A stretch of DNA of 64,000 bases from Pseudomonadota bacterium (lineage in GTDB: Bacteria > Pseudomonadota > Gammaproteobacteria > Pseudomonadales > UBA5862). Position 1 is the first letter of the stretch. Each line of letters opens with the position of its first letter. Under the pieces are notes generated by a model. That model ran no database searches and had not been told where the DNA came from. It saw only the letters and a program-made list of their open reading frames with translations. The translations under genes and the position numbers were made by a program. The stretch is taken from positions 2,105 through 66,104 of the forward strand of contig JAXHVB010000111.1 in the NCBI GenBank assembly GCA_034189125.1, given 5' to 3'. Shown here one piece after another: positions 9,763-21,304 of this stretch.

Positions 9763-10986
9763 ATGACAACCACACCATCCCCCGCATGGATCGCGAAAGC
9801 CAGCTGCGCCGCACTGTTGGGTCAGGCCCTGCTTGCGCCCACGGCGACTGCGAGCGCGCCCTGGGTGGGCGCCCTCACTGACGGCGACGTCAAGCTGCAC
9901 CTGCGCTACCGCTTCGAATCGGTGGACCAGGACGGCATTGACAAGGACGCAAGCGCGTCAACACTCAAGACGCGGATCACCTACACCACAGCCCCCTGGC
10001 AAGGCTTTCAGGGAAAGCTCGAGTTCGATGACGTGACAGCATTGGGCGGGGAAGCCTACAACAGCACCGCAAACGGTAAGGGCCAGTACCCGGTGGTGCA
10101 GGACCCAGCAGGCACCGAGGTAAACCAGGCCTGGGTTCGCTATTCACAGGAGCCGTTCTCGGTCACTGCCGGGCGGCAGCGCATTCTGCTGGACAACCAG
10201 CGTTTTGTGGGTGGGGTTGGCTGGCGCCAAAACGAGCAGACCTATGATGGGCTCTCTGCGACCTTCAGCCCCGTCGAAAACCTGGATCTGTTTTATGCGT
10301 ACGTGCACAACGTGAACCGGATTTTTGGGCCGGAAAACATGCTCGAAGCGCCCGATTTCGGCGGCGACATTCACCTGCTGAACGCGGCGTATGACTGTGA
10401 CTGGCTGGGCCGGGTGTCAGGGTATGCGTATTTGCTGGATTTCGAGGATGCCGCTGCACTTTCCAGTGCGACCTACGGTGTGCGCCTGGACGGCAAATAC
10501 AAAACCGGGGAGCACAGCCTACTGTACACCGCCGAATACGCGATGCAATCGGACCATGGCGACAACCCCGCCAGCTACGACGCTGACTACTACCACCTGG
10601 TGGGTGGGCTCGCACTGCCACAAGCCACCTTCAAGGTTGGGTACGAAGTGCTCGGCAGTGACGATGGCGTGAGCTTCAAAACACCACTGGCGACCGGCCA
10701 CGCATTCCAGGGCTTTGCCGACAAGTTCCTGCTGACCCCGCCGGACGGAATCGAAGACCTGTACGTCTCCGCATCAACCACCGTCCAGGGCACCAAGCTC
10801 ACCGCCACCTACCACGACTTTTCGGCAGAAACCGGCGGTGAGGACTACGGCAGCGAGATCGACATCGTCGTTGCCCGCAAATTCTGTGACCACTACACCG
10901 CAATGCTGAAGTACGCCAAGTACAGCAGCGACGACTATGCGACCGACACCGACAAGCTGTGGCTTTCGGTTGCAGCCACGTTCTAG
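9763..10986 (+). CDS. Outer-membrane beta-barrel porin, possibly alginate-export (AlgE-like) family, last gene of the nas operon
   Basis: Signal-peptide-like N-terminus (…LLAPTATASA). Alternating amphipathic strand pattern rich in Y/G/D. C-terminal ...SVAATF with terminal Phe. Starts 40 nt after the nasA stop, and a strong terminator follows. The family assignment is from memory only. Confidence 0.7.
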   Translation: MTTTPSPAWIAKASCAALLGQALLAPTATASAPWVGALTDGDVKLHLRYRFESVDQDGIDKDASASTLKTRITYTTAPWQGFQGKLEFDDVTALGGEAYNSTANGKGQYPVVQDPAGTEVNQAWVRYSQEPFSVTAGRQRILLDNQRFVGGVGWRQNEQTYDGLSATFSPVENLDLFYAYVHNVNRIFGPENMLEAPDFGGDIHLLNAAYDCDWLGRVSGYAYLLDFEDAAALSSATYGVRLDGKYKTGEHSLLYTAEYAMQSDHGDNPASYDADYYHLVGGLALPQATFKVGYEVLGSDDGVSFKTPLATGHAFQGFADKFLLTPPDGIEDLYVSASTTVQGTKLTATYHDFSAETGGEDYGSEIDIVVARKFCDHYTAMLKYAKYSSDDYATDTDKLWLSVAATF

Positions 10987-11039
10987 CACTCAATAGGCGT
11001 GGTCTCCAGTAGGCCACCTTCAAATGCGAGGCGCTGCAA

Positions 11040-11074
11040 CCCGCCGGGTGACAAGCACCCGGCGGGTTTCTTTC
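11040..11074 (+). terminator. Rho-independent terminator of the nitrate-assimilation operon
   Basis: 11-bp perfect stem CCCGCCGGGTG / CACCCGGCGGG with loop ACAAG, followed by TTTCTTTC. Confidence 0.75.
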
Positions 11075-11206
11075 ATTCAAGACTTGGCCTCGGTCCAGCC
11101 AATCCTTAGACTGCGCGAACAACAATTAGAAGTGTGGAATCTGGCCGCTCAGGCTTGCGCCAGTCCATCGCCCAGAACCCGGATCCGTTTGCGAAGAGAC
11201 CACCCC

Positions 11207-12073
11207 ATGCACCCAACCGCCCCGGAGTGGTTTTTGGATGCCATTCAATGCCGCTCGCAGAGCTGCTTTGTCGAAGTCGATGGCTGTCCAATCCACTACC
11301 AACACTGGACCAACAGCGGTGCGCCCGCATTGGTCCTCATCCACGGATACGCAGCCCACAGCCATTGGTGGGATTTCATCGCCCCGCAGCTGTTGGACCG
11401 CTACCAGGTGGTCGCCCTGGACCTGTCCGGTTGCGGAGACAGCGGGCACCGGGCGCACTACAGCCTGGAGCGATTCGCCCGTGAAGTCGCTGCAGTTGCC
11501 GAGCACGCCGAGCTACCGATGCCGTTCGGCGTGGTCGCCCACAGCTTTGGAGGTGGGGTGGCGCTCAAAACCGCCGGACAAATGCCCAAAGCGCTGGCCG
11601 GTCTTGTCCTGGTGGACTCTGCGGTGGTTCGCCCGCCAACTTCCGGCGGGCGCCGCAGGTCCATCGGGGCGCTGCCACCGGTTTTGTTCCACGATCGAGA
11701 CACCGCCTTGGAGCGCTTCCGGTTGGTTCCACCGCAACCCTGTGCCAACCGGTTTTTATTGCACCACATCGCCAGCCATTCGCTGCGCGCAGTAGAAGGG
11801 GGCTGGACCTGGAAGACGGACCCGCGGTTTCTCGCCAACTTCGTTGGAGAAGACCAAACCGACACCTTGATGCAACTGCAAACGCGCCTGGCGGTGCTCT
11901 ACGGATCACTGAGCACGAGTTTTCGAACCGACGTCAGGGAATACATGGCCTATGTGGCGCCGGCCGAAACTGAGTTTGTCGCGGTGGCCGGAGCCCACCA
12001 CCACGTGTTTCTCGACCAGCCGATCGCCTTTTGCAATCAACTCAAGACCACATTGGCGCCTTGGTGGGGGTGA
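11207..12073 (+). CDS. Alpha/beta-fold hydrolase
   Basis: HG oxyanion motif (LVLIHGYAAH) and nucleophile elbow (VAHSFGGG). I prefer the internal ATG at 11207, because the upstream part of ORF 11024.. covers the terminator hairpin. Confidence 0.75.
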   Translation: MHPTAPEWFLDAIQCRSQSCFVEVDGCPIHYQHWTNSGAPALVLIHGYAAHSHWWDFIAPQLLDRYQVVALDLSGCGDSGHRAHYSLERFAREVAAVAEHAELPMPFGVVAHSFGGGVALKTAGQMPKALAGLVLVDSAVVRPPTSGGRRRSIGALPPVLFHDRDTALERFRLVPPQPCANRFLLHHIASHSLRAVEGGWTWKTDPRFLANFVGEDQTDTLMQLQTRLAVLYGSLSTSFRTDVREYMAYVAPAETEFVAVAGAHHHVFLDQPIAFCNQLKTTLAPWWG

Positions 12074-12129
12074 CTCGCCGCGGTGCGCCACGCACCCCGC
12101 CCAAGTCACACCACAGCCCCACCGAAAAA

Positions 12130-13050
12130 CTAGGGCCGGTCGTCTAGCTCAGCGCCCTCTTTCACCGGGACCAGCAAGTCTTCACGGGCAATGCCCATCG
12201 TCAGCAGCAGGTTGGAAGCAACGTAGATCGAGGAATAGGTTCCGACCACCACCCCGATGATCAACGCCAGGGCGAAGTGGTGGATGGTTTCACCGCCGAA
12301 AAAGAACAGTGCCAACAGCACCAGTAGGGTGGTGAGCGAAGTGATCAGCGTGCGCTCAATCGTTTGATTGAGCGACAGGTTGATGACCTCGGCGGGACTG
12401 CCCTTGCGCACCTTGCGAAAGTTCTCACGAATGCGGTCTGAGACCACGATGGTGTCATTGAGCGAATAGCCGATCAGCGCCAGCAACGCCGCCAACACCG
12501 TCAGATCGAACTCCAACTGAAACAACGAGAAGACCCCCAAGGTCACCACCACGTCATGCACCAGCGCCGCCACGGCGCCGAAGGCAAACTTGTACTGAAA
12601 CCGAAACGCGATGTACCCCATCACCACCACGAGCGCCAGCAGCAAGGCCAAGCCACCCTGTTCGCGCAGCTCTTCACCGACCTGCGCGCCCACGTACTCA
12701 GAGCGCTGCAACTGCACCAGCCCCTCGGCGTTTGCTTGTAAGACCTCCGCCACCTGGTCACCAAGGCTCGGTTGAAACTGTTCCGCCATGCGGATCAGCA
12801 GGTCCTGCTCGGTGCCAAAGTACTGCACCCGGGCGTCCGCAAAGCCCGCATCGGCAAGCTGGGTGCGCACCGCCGCCAGATCCACTGGTTCGGAATAGCG
12901 CAACTCAACCAAGGCGCCGCCGGTGAAATCGAGGCCAAGGTTCAGTTGCCGCACACCCAGGGACACTGCAGAGAGCACCACCAGCGCGATCGAAAGGGCA
13001 GCCGCCAAACGGCGCAGCCCCATAAAATCCAAGTCATTGGTTGGCTTCAC
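12130..13050 (-). CDS. secF: Protein translocase subunit SecF
   Basis: 306 aa with typical SecF sequence (GLDFTGGALVELRY ... YSLNDTIVVSDRIRE), directly downstream of secD. Confidence 0.95.
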   Translation of the reverse strand: MKPTNDLDFMGLRRLAAALSIALVVLSAVSLGVRQLNLGLDFTGGALVELRYSEPVDLAAVRTQLADAGFADARVQYFGTEQDLLIRMAEQFQPSLGDQVAEVLQANAEGLVQLQRSEYVGAQVGEELREQGGLALLLALVVVMGYIAFRFQYKFAFGAVAALVHDVVVTLGVFSLFQLEFDLTVLAALLALIGYSLNDTIVVSDRIRENFRKVRKGSPAEVINLSLNQTIERTLITSLTTLLVLLALFFFGGETIHHFALALIIGVVVGTYSSIYVASNLLLTMGIAREDLLVPVKEGAELDDRP

Positions 13051-13062
13051 CGGAGAACTTCC

Positions 13063-14925
13063 TTAGATCGCGAGCCGATCGACACGCCGGCCACCGTACA
13101 TCCAGTTGACCACCATTCGCGTGCCCAGGATCGCGGTGAACATTGAAGTGAGGATGCCAATGGACAGGGTGACCGCGAACCCCTTGATCGGGCCGGTGCC
13201 CACCGCATAAAGAATCAAGGCCACGATCAGGGTCGTGAGGTTGGCATCAAAAATGGTGGTGAAGGCCCGTTCGAACCCCGCATTGATGGCCGCCTGGGGC
13301 GACATGCGGTTCGCGAGTTCTTCGCGAATGCGCGCGAAAATGAGCACATTGGCGTCGACCGCCATTCCCACGGTCAGGACGATTCCTGCGATGCCCGGCA
13401 GGGTGAGCGTCGCTGAAAGCACAGACATCACCGCGATCAGCAGCACCAGATTGGCCATCAAGGCTAGGTTGGCCGCAAGTCCGAATAGCTTGTAGTAGAG
13501 CCCCATAAAGACCAGCACCAACCCCATGCCCACCAACACAGAACGGGTACCCAAGGCGATGTTTTCCTTGCCGAGGCTGGGGCCCACGGTGCGTTCTTCA
13601 ATGAACCGCATCGGCGCAGCCAACGCCCCAGCGCGCAGCAGAAGCGCCAGCTCGGCTGCCTCTTGGGGACTGTCGAGGCCGGTCACCCTGAAATTGCGCC
13701 CGAGCGCACTCTGTACGGTTGCCAGACTGATGATGGTGCGGTCGGTGTAGGTGACCGGTTCGCGAACCGCTTCACCATCGCGCTCTTGCTCGTCGTAGCG
13801 CACTTTCTGCTCCACAAAAAGCACGCCCAAGCGCCGACCCACATTGCTTCGGGTCGCCTGGTGCATGCGACGCCCGCCTTCGCTGTCCAGGCTGATGTTG
13901 ACCTGTGGCATGCCGTTTTCGTCGTAGCCACTCTGTGCGTTGGCGACGTTTTCACCGGTGGCGACGATTTCGCGCTCCAGCTCTGCGCTGCCTCTGGTCG
14001 GGTCGCGAAAACCAAAGCGCTCCGAGCCGGGGGCATCGTCCCCCGCGTCGGCCTCCAGCCGAAACTCGAGGTTTGCGGTCTTACCAAGAATGTTCTTGGC
14101 CTGGGCGGTGTCCTGAACGCCCGGCAGTTCCACCACAATCCGGTCGCGCCCTTGCCGCTGAACCAAGGGTTCAGCAACTCCCAGTTCGTTGACTCGGTTG
14201 CGCAGGGTTGTCAGGTTTTGCGAGACCGCGTAGTCGACCAGTTGGTCGAGGGCACCTTCACTGAACCTCAGTTCGATCAGCCAGGCCCCATCGGCCTCCC
14301 GGGCTGCGACAACCCATTGGTCGTACTGATCCTGAATCCAGTCACGGGCCGCCGAGCGGGCCTCTGGGTCAGCGAACCTGAGCGAAATCCCCTGCCCGTT
14401 CGGCAGCAGGCCAACTTCTCGGTAGCGGATGCGCGCTTCGCGCAACCCGCGTTGAATCTCTGTTTGGTAGATGCTCAGGCGCTGTCCGATGGCGGTGGCG
14501 AGATCCACTTCCATCAGAAAATGGACGCCGCCGGAAAGGTCAAGTCCGAGTTTCATCGGCTTGGCACCGAGGGCCCGCAGCCAATCGGGGGTTGTGGCTG
14601 CCAAATTGAGGGCGACGATGTAGGCCTCCCGGGTTGAATTCAAGGTGCGCTCAATCACCTCCTTGGCAGCCAACTGTTGGTTGCGGTCACTCAGGCGAAC
14701 CAGCGCATTGCCTCCGTCCAACACGGCCTCTTTCACTGCGATGTCGGCACGCTCCAAGGCCACCCGCACCTGGTCGAGGGCGGCGTTGCTCACCGCCTCA
14801 CCGCTTTGCAAACGAGAGACCTGCACCGCTGCATCATCAGGGAAAAGATTGGGTGCTGCGTACAGCAAACCAGCACCAAGGACGAGCAGAACGAGCAGGT
14901 TCTTCCAGAGGGGGAAACGATTCAC
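13063..14925 (-). CDS. secD: Protein translocase subunit SecD
   Basis: Typical SecD sequence (NRFPLWKN N-terminus, LGLDLSGGVHFLMEVD, VGPSLG). The ORF runs to 14982, but the GTG at 14925 gives the canonical M-NRFPLWK start. Confidence 0.93.
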   Translation of the reverse strand: MNRFPLWKNLLVLLVLGAGLLYAAPNLFPDDAAVQVSRLQSGEAVSNAALDQVRVALERADIAVKEAVLDGGNALVRLSDRNQQLAAKEVIERTLNSTREAYIVALNLAATTPDWLRALGAKPMKLGLDLSGGVHFLMEVDLATAIGQRLSIYQTEIQRGLREARIRYREVGLLPNGQGISLRFADPEARSAARDWIQDQYDQWVVAAREADGAWLIELRFSEGALDQLVDYAVSQNLTTLRNRVNELGVAEPLVQRQGRDRIVVELPGVQDTAQAKNILGKTANLEFRLEADAGDDAPGSERFGFRDPTRGSAELEREIVATGENVANAQSGYDENGMPQVNISLDSEGGRRMHQATRSNVGRRLGVLFVEQKVRYDEQERDGEAVREPVTYTDRTIISLATVQSALGRNFRVTGLDSPQEAAELALLLRAGALAAPMRFIEERTVGPSLGKENIALGTRSVLVGMGLVLVFMGLYYKLFGLAANLALMANLVLLIAVMSVLSATLTLPGIAGIVLTVGMAVDANVLIFARIREELANRMSPQAAINAGFERAFTTIFDANLTTLIVALILYAVGTGPIKGFAVTLSIGILTSMFTAILGTRMVVNWMYGGRRVDRLAI

Positions 14926-14994
14926 AACGAAACTCTGCCTACGGAGCCCCTCGTCCCGAGCGGAACAAGGCAGTTGGACCAAATCGGCCGGCGA

Positions 14995-15336
14995 TTAGAT
15001 CGATTTCAGGGTGCCTTTGGGCAAGGTGGCACTGACCGCTTGGCGCTGTACTTTCAATTCAACGTTGTCGGCCACCTGAACCACGATGAAGTCATCTTCC
15101 ACCTTGGTGACCTTGCCCACGAGTCCGCCACTGGTCAGCACTTCATCGCCTTTGGACAGGCCACTGACGAGCGCCTTGTGGGCCTTGGCGCGCTTGCTCT
15201 GCGGACGCCAGACAATGAAATAGAAGAGCGCGACAAAGCCCACAAGCATGGCGATGTTGATGAACTCTGCGCCGGGGGGTGGCCCACCGGCTGGGGCTTC
15301 GGCATACGCCGGCGTGATCAGGCCAAGGATCGGCAT
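14995..15336 (-). CDS. yajC: Preprotein translocase subunit YajC
   Basis: FYFIVWRPQSKRAKAHKALVSGLSKGDEVLTSGGLVGKV. The ATG at 15336 lies just after the tgt stop, and the longer ORF start would overlap tgt. Confidence 0.9.
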   Translation of the reverse strand: MPILGLITPAYAEAPAGGPPPGAEFINIAMLVGFVALFYFIVWRPQSKRAKAHKALVSGLSKGDEVLTSGGLVGKVTKVEDDFIVVQVADNVELKVQRQAVSATLPKGTLKSI

Positions 15337-15340
15337 ACAG

Positions 15341-17582
<2,242 letters not shown>

Positions 17583-17633
17583 TCGGGAGGCGCGCAGGGT
17601 ACCGGAAGCGGCGAGTGGGCGCCAACCATTGGA

Positions 17634-17661
17634 TTGACCGGCCGTGGCGCGCAGCTATAAT
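17634..17661 (+). promoter_or_regulatory. Near-consensus sigma70 promoter driving tRNA-Leu
   Basis: TTGACC (17634-17639), 16-nt spacer, TATAAT (17656-17661), then a GC-rich discriminator GGCGCGC. The mature tRNA 5-prime end is 11 nt downstream. Confidence 0.6.
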
Positions 17662-17671
17662 GGCGCGCTCA

Positions 17672-17758
17672 GCCGGGGTGGCGAAACTGGTAGACGCGCC
17701 AGACTCAAAATCTGGTGGTGGCAACACCGTGTCGGTTCGACTCCGACCCTCGGCACCA
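17672..17758 (+). tRNA. tRNA-Leu, anticodon CAA, class II long variable arm, encoded CCA
   Basis: Acceptor GCCGGGG / CCTCGGC with one G-U pair. D-arm GGCGAAACTGGTAGACGC. Anticodon stem-loop CCAGA-CTCAAAA-TCTGG. Long variable arm. T-arm GTCGG-TTCGACT-CCGAC. Discriminator A plus CCA. Confidence 0.93.
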
Positions 17759-17886
17759 GCATTTCTGTCTGTCTCCACACTTGTCTGCCACTCAGGGCCC
17801 TGGCCTCCACTGCTTGGCTGTCATGAAAGATCCACCAGCTTTGGACATACTGCCTGGCTGGTTGTTGAATTTCCCTGTTGAGCCTC

Positions 17887-19965
17887 ATGGCCACCGCATC
17901 ACACACCATCGCCAAAGAACTCAGCTGGTTGAGCTTCAACGCCCGCGTCCTGCAGGAAGCGATGGACCCCGAAGTCCCGCTGATCGAGCGGTTGCGCTTT
18001 CTCGGCATCTTCTCCAACAACCTCGACGAGTTCTTTCGTGTCCGGGTCGCAGATGTCAAACGGCGGATCCTGATCGAGTCGGAAAGCGCCGAAGGGAATG
18101 ACGCCGAACAGCTGATGAAAGAGATCCAGCTTGAGGTGCTGGACCTGCAGCAACAGTTCGAACGGACCTATCAGGCGATCGTGCAGCAGCTGGCCGCACA
18201 GAACATTGTCATTCTGGACGAGTCGCAACTCAGCGAGCCGCAGGGCCACTGGGTGCAGCAGTATTTTTACGACCATGTACTGCCGGTGCTCTCGCCAGTT
18301 CTACTCAGCGACGATAAGGAATTTCCTTCGCTCGAGGACCAGTCGATCTACCTGGCGATCAAGCTGACCCTCGCCGACGACCGCTCGGAGTATTCGCTGC
18401 TGGAGATTCCCACCGAGCGCGTCGGTCGATTCATCGCCATTCCTCAGTTCGGTAAAAAACGCCCCACCCTCCACACCTTCATCCTGCTCGAAAACATCAT
18501 CCGATTCTGTTTGAAGCAGGTCTACGCTGCGGTGTTGGATGTGACCGAGGCCACCGCGTACACCATCAAGGTCACCCGGGACGCAGAACTCGAACTGGAA
18601 GACGGCATCTCTCAAAGCCTGCTCGATCAACTCTCGAGCAGCATCAAGGCCCGGCTACACGCAGCACCTGTGCGGTTTGTGTACGACAAAGAAATGCCTG
18701 CAGAAATGACGCATTTCTTCATCCGAAAACTGAAGCTGCTGTCCTACGACAGCATGATTCCAGGCGCTCGGCACCACAACTTCAAGGACTTTATAAACTT
18801 TCCAGCCGTCGGCCGACGCCAACTGGTGCGCCAACCCGAGGCGCCCCTGCACTCTTCGGAGTTCGATGTCCACCGCAACGCATTCGATGCCATTCGCAGC
18901 AGGGACATTCTGCTGTATTACCCGTACCACAGCTTTCGTCACTTCACCGACTGGCTTAACCAGGCGGCCGTCGACCCCAGAGTCCGGTCCATTCACATTT
19001 CTCTGTACCGGGTGGCCCGCCAGTCCCGTGTGGTCAACGCACTCATCTGCGCGGCCCGCAACGGCAAGCAGGTGACAGCAACGGTGGAACTGCGCGCCCG
19101 CTTCGATGAAGCCGCCAACATCGAGTGGGCCAAGACAATGACCGAAGCCGGCGTGAGTGTGGAGTTCGGCGTCCCCACCCTCAAAGTCCACACCAAACTC
19201 TGCCTGATTCATCGAGAAGAGGCGGGGCGCGTCCTCCGCTATGCACACATTGGCACAGGCAACTTTCACGAAGGCACCGCGAAGGTTTACACGGACTTCA
19301 GCCTCTTCACCACCCATCCAGACATCACGCTGGAAGTCGAACAGGTGTTCGAGTTTCTTGCGCGTCCATACCGCGCCCAGCAGTTTAGACACCTTGTGGT
19401 CTCCCCACTGAACACCCGCTCCCGGTGGGTGCGCCTGGTGCAACGGGAGATGGAACATGCGCAGGCAGGCCGGGCTGCCCGGATCATCCTCAAGGTCAAC
19501 AACCTGGTCGATGACGCCACCACTGAACTGCTGTACCAAGCGAGTCAGGCAGGTGTGCGGATCGAGATGATTGTGCGGGGGATGTGCAGCCTGACCCCTG
19601 GGCTGCCGGGCATCAGCGAAAACATCTCCGCCATCAGCATCGTCGACCAGTACTTGGAGCACCCGCGGGTGTTCGTGTTTCACAATGACGGCGACAGCGA
19701 AGTCTACATCTCATCCGCGGACCTGATGACACGCAACCTCGATCACCGGGTTGAAGTGGGGTGTCCGGTGTATGACCCAGCGCTCAAGCAGACCATCGTC
19801 GACATCCTTGAGCTGCAGTTGACTGACAACGTCAAGGCCCGGGTGCTGGACGCAACGCTGGAGAACCACTACCAGCGCCGGGGGCGTCGGCGCAACCGCT
19901 CACAGCGGAGCATCCGCCGGTACCTGGCTGAGCAAACGAAAGGTGTTTCGCAGCCCACGGGTTAA
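17887..19965 (+). CDS. ppk: Polyphosphate kinase 1
   Basis: N-terminus KELSWLSFNARVLQEA, as in the E. coli Ppk N-terminus as I recall it. Two PLD-like C-domains (KVHTKLCLI ...). About 690 aa. I prefer the ATG at 17887 over the TTG at 17878. Confidence 0.95.
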   Translation: MATASHTIAKELSWLSFNARVLQEAMDPEVPLIERLRFLGIFSNNLDEFFRVRVADVKRRILIESESAEGNDAEQLMKEIQLEVLDLQQQFERTYQAIVQQLAAQNIVILDESQLSEPQGHWVQQYFYDHVLPVLSPVLLSDDKEFPSLEDQSIYLAIKLTLADDRSEYSLLEIPTERVGRFIAIPQFGKKRPTLHTFILLENIIRFCLKQVYAAVLDVTEATAYTIKVTRDAELELEDGISQSLLDQLSSSIKARLHAAPVRFVYDKEMPAEMTHFFIRKLKLLSYDSMIPGARHHNFKDFINFPAVGRRQLVRQPEAPLHSSEFDVHRNAFDAIRSRDILLYYPYHSFRHFTDWLNQAAVDPRVRSIHISLYRVARQSRVVNALICAARNGKQVTATVELRARFDEAANIEWAKTMTEAGVSVEFGVPTLKVHTKLCLIHREEAGRVLRYAHIGTGNFHEGTAKVYTDFSLFTTHPDITLEVEQVFEFLARPYRAQQFRHLVVSPLNTRSRWVRLVQREMEHAQAGRAARIILKVNNLVDDATTELLYQASQAGVRIEMIVRGMCSLTPGLPGISENISAISIVDQYLEHPRVFVFHNDGDSEVYISSADLMTRNLDHRVEVGCPVYDPALKQTIVDILELQLTDNVKARVLDATLENHYQRRGRRRNRSQRSIRRYLAEQTKGVSQPTG

Positions 19966-20930
19966 GCTGCTTCGGTCCGCACTGCGCCCTCAAGCTGACG
20001 GCGCAGCCAATCGCGAACCTGCAGCGCAATGGCCTCAGGGCGCTCCAGCATGAAGCAGTGTCCTCCCGCGGTCTGCTGTGCCGCAACCCACTTCGACGAC
20101 TGGGCCGCCTTGCGACTTGCCGGCGCCACAAAGGGAATGGTGCGGTCCCCATGGAGCAACAACCCGGGCGCCTTCACCCGCTTCAACAGTCGCCAGTAGT
20201 TGAGCGGCTGGCTGCCATAGATCTGCGCTTCAAGCCATGGCGGGCATTTGAGTCTGACAGTGCCGTCAGACGCTTCGCCCAACCCATACTCCACAAAACA
20301 CCTGAAGGCTTGGTCATCCCAACCCCTGTAGCCTCCCCGACCATGCAGGTGGTTCCAGGCGGACTCGCGGTTCGGCCACTGGGATGTCCGCGCCAGGGCC
20401 TGGCGCACCATCGGCGAGCGGTCCATCAACCCCAGCAACCGGGCCACACGCACGACCGGATTCAATGTCGGTGGGTGCAGCACCGCATCGAGCCCCACCC
20501 AGGCACTGAAGGCATTGGGTTGGAGGCCGGCGAGACAAAGTGTCATGGCTCCGCCGAAACTGTGCCCCATGCCGACCCAGGGCACACCCGCCGCGTACTT
20601 GGCTCGAAATGCTTCGATGACCTGGATGCAGTGCTCGGCAGTGCGATTCCAGCCCAAAAATGCGCCACCGGCATCGCTGTCACCATGGCCTTGAACATCC
20701 GTCAGAATCAGATCGAATTCATCGACGAACTCGGACAACAGTGGCCAGTACGCCAACCCACAAAACCCGTTGCCATGGATGAAGTGCAGCACCGGCAAAC
20801 CGCGGGACTTTGTGCGCCACCCACGCAACCGGAACCCCGGCTCAACTTCAAGCGCCCAGGGCGTCAGGCGCGAATCGGGCATGGGCTGGGACATACACAC
20901 CACTCCTGTGCGGCCACCACCGGCCAACAA
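19962..20930 (-). CDS. Alpha/beta-fold hydrolase
   Basis: HG motif (LHFIHGNGFCG) and nucleophile elbow (GMGHSFGG). The start may be an internal Met (20894 or 20882). The stop codon overlaps the ppk stop on the opposite strand. Confidence 0.75.
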   Translation of the reverse strand: MLAGGGRTGVVCMSQPMPDSRLTPWALEVEPGFRLRGWRTKSRGLPVLHFIHGNGFCGLAYWPLLSEFVDEFDLILTDVQGHGDSDAGGAFLGWNRTAEHCIQVIEAFRAKYAAGVPWVGMGHSFGGAMTLCLAGLQPNAFSAWVGLDAVLHPPTLNPVVRVARLLGLMDRSPMVRQALARTSQWPNRESAWNHLHGRGGYRGWDDQAFRCFVEYGLGEASDGTVRLKCPPWLEAQIYGSQPLNYWRLLKRVKAPGLLLHGDRTIPFVAPASRKAAQSSKWVAAQQTAGGHCFMLERPEAIALQVRDWLRRQLEGAVRTEAA

Positions 20931-21304
20931 AAAGGCCGCATCTTACCCAAAAGTTGCATTGCGCACTTGTTTTGTTTTTCCGCGCGTTTCCCGCTAAGCT
21001 GCGCCAGCGCTCAAGGCCACAGACCAATTACAGCCATTCGCTGAGACCCAGCGAAGCGCACCCAAACCTGACACACCCCGCGGCATGGCTGCGCCGAGGC
21101 GACCCCTCCGCACCATCCAGAGACCGCAATACGCAGTCGGTCTTCACCCGCTGCGGCCGCTCACCCAGCACCGCGGCCAGCCGCTGAGCGGCGCGTCAAC
21201 CGCCTGCGCCCACGGACCTGCCCACGGGCGGAGGCAGCGCAGGGATGCCCCATTGTGTCGGAGCACACCCGCCCCGGCCGGCTATCTCGTTTAGGGGAAT
21301 ATCG

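Noticed and set aside
17672-17758. tRNA-Leu as a genomic-island integration site
   Set aside because: There is no integrase, no direct repeat of the tRNA 3-prime end, and no compositional break nearby. Both flanks are core genes (queA, ppk1).
19962-19965. Overlapping stop codons of convergent ppk1 and hydrolase genes (TTAA)
   Set aside because: The overlap is real in the sequence, but such end-to-end convergence is common in compact genomes and there is no evidence of function beyond possible transcriptional interference.
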